Shown: piece after piece, positions 60,720 to 64,000 of the stretch | How the letters are laid out: each line of letters opens with the position of its first letter | How positions within the stretch are numbered: the stretch's first letter is position 1 | NCBI GenBank assembly: GCA_021806235.1 | Contig: JAJZXU010000022.1 | Span: 12,606 to 76,605 of the forward strand | DNA from: Thermoplasmata archaeon | GTDB taxonomy: Archaea; Thermoplasmatota; Thermoplasmata; Thermoplasmatales; Thermoplasmataceae | Reading direction: 5' to 3' | Length of the DNA stretch: 64,000 nucleotides | Notes under the pieces: generated by a model | The model's database searches: none | The model's input: the letters and a program-made list of their open reading frames with translations, nothing else | Told to the model about the DNA's origin: nothing | Program-made: the position numbers and the translations under genes

Positions 60720-61253
60720 ATGTCACGTTATGATGGGGTCGGTGAATTCAGAGAGAAATATATACCATATAATGAGATAATAAAAATGGCTGATTTAAAG
60801 GACGATGATATAATTATAGATATGGGGGCGGGCGATGGTTTTTATTCCCTGCTGTTTTCTAATTATATTAAAAATGGAACTATATATTCTGTGGAAAGGA
60901 ACCCGGAAGCAATTGAACTCATAAATAAAAAAACAGGGGGTATAAAAAATATAAAAATTATAAATGAGGATATATGCGGCTTAAAAATAAGGGGTTTTAA
61001 TAAGATATTTTTCTCCACTGTGTTTCATGATATTAAGTGCCGGGATTATGTTATAGACTTTATTAAAAATAATTCTAAAAAACCACTGACGGCAATTTTG
61101 ATAGAATTCAAGAAAAATAGTATAAGGGGGCCACCGGCTGATATAAAGATAGACCATGATGAATTAAAAAATATTTTTGAGAGCAATGGCTTTACACTGA
61201 AATACCACAGAGATTTTCTGTATAATTATGTTGATATATACGTTTTAAACTAA
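60720..61253 (+). CDS. Class I SAM-dependent methyltransferase
   Basis: Motif I IIDMGAGDGFYS, then VERNPEA. Small Rossmann-size protein. Confidence 0.7.
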   Translation: MSRYDGVGEFREKYIPYNEIIKMADLKDDDIIIDMGAGDGFYSLLFSNYIKNGTIYSVERNPEAIELINKKTGGIKNIKIINEDICGLKIRGFNKIFFSTVFHDIKCRDYVIDFIKNNSKKPLTAILIEFKKNSIRGPPADIKIDHDELKNIFESNGFTLKYHRDFLYNYVDIYVLN

Positions 61254-61283
61254 TATATAAATATAATAAAAAAATATCATGTT

Positions 61284-61535
61284 ATGAGTGAAGATAATAA
61301 CGGTAACAGGAATTCAATAAAACCCGTGGCAAAGAGGGTAAAAATGGATAATTCGAAATCGTTAAATTTAATCCAGGGCAGATCCAAGGTTAGGGGGGAC
61401 AAAGAAAATACAATAACGGAAGTAGATAAAAGGGATATCAACGTCTTTGGAATAAATAATAATAAAGCTGTAATAAAAAAGAAAAAAGATGAAAACAGTA
61501 ATAGTATAAATTATTTTAAAAATCAAAATAAATGA
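61284..61535 (+). CDS. Hypothetical small basic protein
   Basis: 83 aa, Lys/Asn-rich. Weak coding evidence. Confidence 0.3.
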   Translation: MSEDNNGNRNSIKPVAKRVKMDNSKSLNLIQGRSKVRGDKENTITEVDKRDINVFGINNNKAVIKKKKDENSNSINYFKNQNK

Positions 61536-61771
61536 TGCTTTTTCTGCATATTTTCATTGTCGTCGGGTTTTGGCTCATAAAATTCTACTTTGCCGCATGA
61601 ATTACATTTATACAGTGTAAATGTCTGCGTTGTTTCTGCAAGATCATTCCATCCTCCAAGGAACATACCACCTATTCCCGTGTAACCACCAACCCTAAAA
61701 TTCATGTTTCCAGCAGGCTCCATTTCTCCATTGCAATCCGGTGTTGAGCATTTCATGAAATAACCAAGCAT
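61523..61771 (-). CDS. Small zinc-ribbon protein
   Basis: CSTPDC...(50 aa)...CNSCG with a Gly-rich core. Start probably MKCST (61756). Confidence 0.45.
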   Translation of the reverse strand: MLGYFMKCSTPDCNGEMEPAGNMNFRVGGYTGIGGMFLGGWNDLAETTQTFTLYKCNSCGKVEFYEPKPDDNENMQKKHHLF

Positions 61772-61844
61772 AATTAATTATTTAAATATATTGATATTAA
61801 ACTGTTACCACAATAAAAATATAAAATAATAACATAATGTAAAC

Positions 61845-62186
61845 ATGGTAACGTGTATAATGTACAATTTAAAAATGAGCGAAATACATCCCTCAACAAT
61901 ATGTGTGTTATTAGATAAATTTAATGATTCGTTAAACGATATGATAGATGTAATTACGTCCCCATTGCCTGATGAAAGTTTGGAAGAGTATATAGAACAG
62001 TATGCAAGAACAGATGAGATAATGCCTGATGATAAAACAGTAGGCTTTGTGATAATAAATAAGGATAAAAAGGTTATATCATTAACATTTTCAGATACAG
62101 CCGGTATAAAAAAGGATGACGTAAATAAAATTATTGATAAATATAAAAAAATAGGTTATAAAGCCGAATTAGAATATCCCGATTAA
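61845..62186 (+). CDS. Hypothetical protein
   Basis: 113-aa acidic ORF with no recognised motif. Confidence 0.4.
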   Translation: MVTCIMYNLKMSEIHPSTICVLLDKFNDSLNDMIDVITSPLPDESLEEYIEQYARTDEIMPDDKTVGFVIINKDKKVISLTFSDTAGIKKDDVNKIIDKYKKIGYKAELEYPD

Positions 62187-62428
62187 TACATTGTCAGGTT
62201 ATATTCCTTATCAGCCTTTTCATAACTTTCCCTTGAGTTTATATTCAATAGTTTACTTATTTTAATCATATATTTTTCTGGTTCCGGATCATACTGCTCA
62301 CGCCATAATATTAATCTTTTCTTATTATCATCATATAATACAGTTTCTCCATGCTTCTGTATGCAATGTATGGCCTCTGCGGCAGATAACCCGTCTTCCA
62401 GATCTTTAAAGCAGTCAAGGTAGCTCAT
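62183..62428 (-). CDS. Hypothetical small protein (second gene of an overlapping pair)
   Basis: 81 aa. Its ATG overlaps the stop of the upstream 112-aa gene (ATGA). Confidence 0.45.
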   Translation of the reverse strand: MSYLDCFKDLEDGLSAAEAIHCIQKHGETVLYDDNKKRLILWREQYDPEPEKYMIKISKLLNINSRESYEKADKEYNLTMY

Positions 62429-62763
62429 AGATCATTGCACCTCTTTGAATCAAAAACGGGATATTTAATATTATACCTGTTCAAGGAATATATTATTATT
62501 TCTGTTAATGACTTTATATATTCATCATAATTTTCTATAAATTTGAATACATTATATTTTTGGTCTATCAGCGTATTATACAGTTCATCAGGTGATATTT
62601 CACCTCTCATGCTTTTTATCAATATATTCATGAAATTTTCATTTACAACCTTATTTTTTTTATGGTATAATTTCATGTTTTCATCTATGATATTGTACGC
62701 ATTGTCTATTTCACCCTCAACCATTGACGCTTTAAATACTTCCAGTACATCTTCAATATTCAC
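62425..62763 (-). CDS. Hypothetical small protein (first gene of an overlapping pair, 9 nt after nuoN)
   Basis: 112 aa, predicted helical, no recognised motif. Confidence 0.45.
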   Translation of the reverse strand: MNIEDVLEVFKASMVEGEIDNAYNIIDENMKLYHKKNKVVNENFMNILIKSMRGEISPDELYNTLIDQKYNVFKFIENYDEYIKSLTEIIIYSLNRYNIKYPVFDSKRCNDL

Positions 62764-62772
62764 ATAACCACC

Positions 62773-64000
62773 TCATATAATTGCTATCCCGATTAAATAT
62801 GTGTATAACGTAAAGGCAAATCCAAGAGCTATTGTTATTAAAGCCATTATTATAACACTATATTTTATTTCCGGACTCATATCGAAATCATTGTCCCCAG
62901 GTTTCCAGAATGAATATAATATTATCCTGAAATAATAGAATACGGATATAACACTATTCAGTATTGATATCACTGCAAGCCACCATAGACCGCCTATTAT
63001 TAACGTAAAAAACAGGAAATACTTTGCCAGAAATCCCCCGGTAACAGGTATGCCCGCAAGTGCTAATAGTAGAATAGCAAGTGAAAAGGCAGTCACTTTC
63101 GATTTTCTGGCCAGGCCTATAAAGTCGTCGATCATAATTTTGTCCTTCTTTACCAGACTCATTGCTATAAATGGACCTGCCTTCATGAATATATACGCCA
63201 GTGAATAGAACATTGCTATTGCTATGCCGAATCTTAATAGTGTTGTTCTTGAAACCAGTGCGGCATTATAATATGAATAACCTATTATTGCGAATACCAA
63301 AATTAGATTGCCTGCCTGTGCAACACTGGAATATGCGAGTGTCCTTTTTATGTTATTCTGTGACAGTGCTGAGATATTGCCATACGTCATTGTTAATATT
63401 GATAATACTGCAAAGAAGTAGAATATATAGTTATAATCAGGAATAAAACCGAGATATAAAATTTTTAATAATACCATATATGCCACAAGCTTGCTTCCTG
63501 TTGATAAAAATGATGAAATTGAATTGGGTGAACCATCGTATGTATCTATTGCCCATTGATGCATCGGGAATATTGCGATCTCAAATCCAAAACCTATTAT
63601 TATAAATACCAGTGCTAACAGTAACGCCACGTTCGAGTATAGTTTGCTAACTGCCAGTAAATTAAATGTCCTTGTTGCAAAATAAAAGTATGATATACCT
63701 AAAATGGTAAATGCTGTTCCTATTGTACTTATAACAAAGTATTTTAAAGAACCTTCAAGATTCCTTTTTGTTCTATTGTATGCCGCCAGGATGTATGTTA
63801 TAACGCTTACACCCTCAAAGGAAACAAATAATACGATCAGGTTAAATGTATACGCAGCTATTACCATACTCAGTGTCATGAATAAAATTAGGGCATAAAA
63901 AACATCATGTTTATTCTGTATGTCATGCATGGATGGCAGTATTATAACCATGGATGATACTATAAATATTAATGCCCAGTATGTATTGAAATCTGTAAAA
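62773..64000 (-). CDS. nuoN: NADH-quinone oxidoreductase subunit N (antiporter-like), N-terminus beyond the right edge
   Basis: Polytopic protein with the NuoN/Nuo2 pattern: AAYNRTKRNLEGSLKYF, FPMHQWAIDTYDGSP, YSSVAQAGN. The frame stays open from 63951 to the window end (hand check: ...FTDFNTYWALIFIVSSM). Confidence 0.85.
   Translation of the reverse strand, partial: FTDFNTYWALIFIVSSMVIILPSMHDIQNKHDVFYALILFMTLSMVIAAYTFNLIVLFVSFEGVSVITYILAAYNRTKRNLEGSLKYFVISTIGTAFTILGISYFYFATRTFNLLAVSKLYSNVALLLALVFIIIGFGFEIAIFPMHQWAIDTYDGSPNSISSFLSTGSKLVAYMVLLKILYLGFIPDYNYIFYFFAVLSILTMTYGNISALSQNNIKRTLAYSSVAQAGNLILVFAIIGYSYYNAALVSRTTLLRFGIAIAMFYSLAYIFMKAGPFIAMSLVKKDKIMIDDFIGLARKSKVTAFSLAILLLALAGIPVTGGFLAKYFLFFTLIIGGLWWLAVISILNSVISVFYYFRIILYSFWKPGDNDFDMSPEIKYSVIIMALITIALGFAFTLYTYLIGIAII

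Overview
This is a very AT-rich, tightly packed archaeal chromosome segment. Hand counts of single 60-nt blocks gave 17/60 G+C in pheS and 21/60 in carB. The gene content looks Thermoplasmata-like: the archaeal L7Ae-S28e-L24e-ndk-aIF5B cluster, TFS, SRP54, digeranylgeranyl reductase, archaeal-type GluRS and PheRS, apgM, DNA gyrase gyrB-gyrA and a TPP riboswitch. I support about 70 protein genes, two tRNA-Ser genes, one TPP riboswitch, two IS elements (one decayed, one intact with a target-site duplication) and one short tandem repeat. Most of the window is housekeeping: pur, car, thi, cbi, translation, replication, and nuoN at the right edge. Three stretches stand out. (1) 1-2613 is a clearly GC-richer patch (35/60 and 26/60 G+C in two sampled blocks) encoding a NuoF-like plus NuoG/FdhA-like formate dehydrogenase pair. 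(2) 19.4-31.0 kb is an accessory island that starts exactly at tRNA-Ser(GGA). It holds a 1271-aa SF1 helicase with a C-terminal nuclease-like domain, a 985-aa fused PD-(D/E)xK plus gamma-class N6A methyltransferase (type IIG-like), two IS elements and a TPP-riboswitch-controlled MFS transporter. The helicase and the methyltransferase sit on the same strand and may be a two-gene defence module split by later insertions. This is my best candidate for an undescribed system. (3) Several ORFan clusters lie at 44.7-48.9, 56.3-57.2 and 61.3-62.8 kb. No CRISPR array, rRNA or intein was seen. All functional calls rest on motifs I recognised by eye in the translations; no database search was run.
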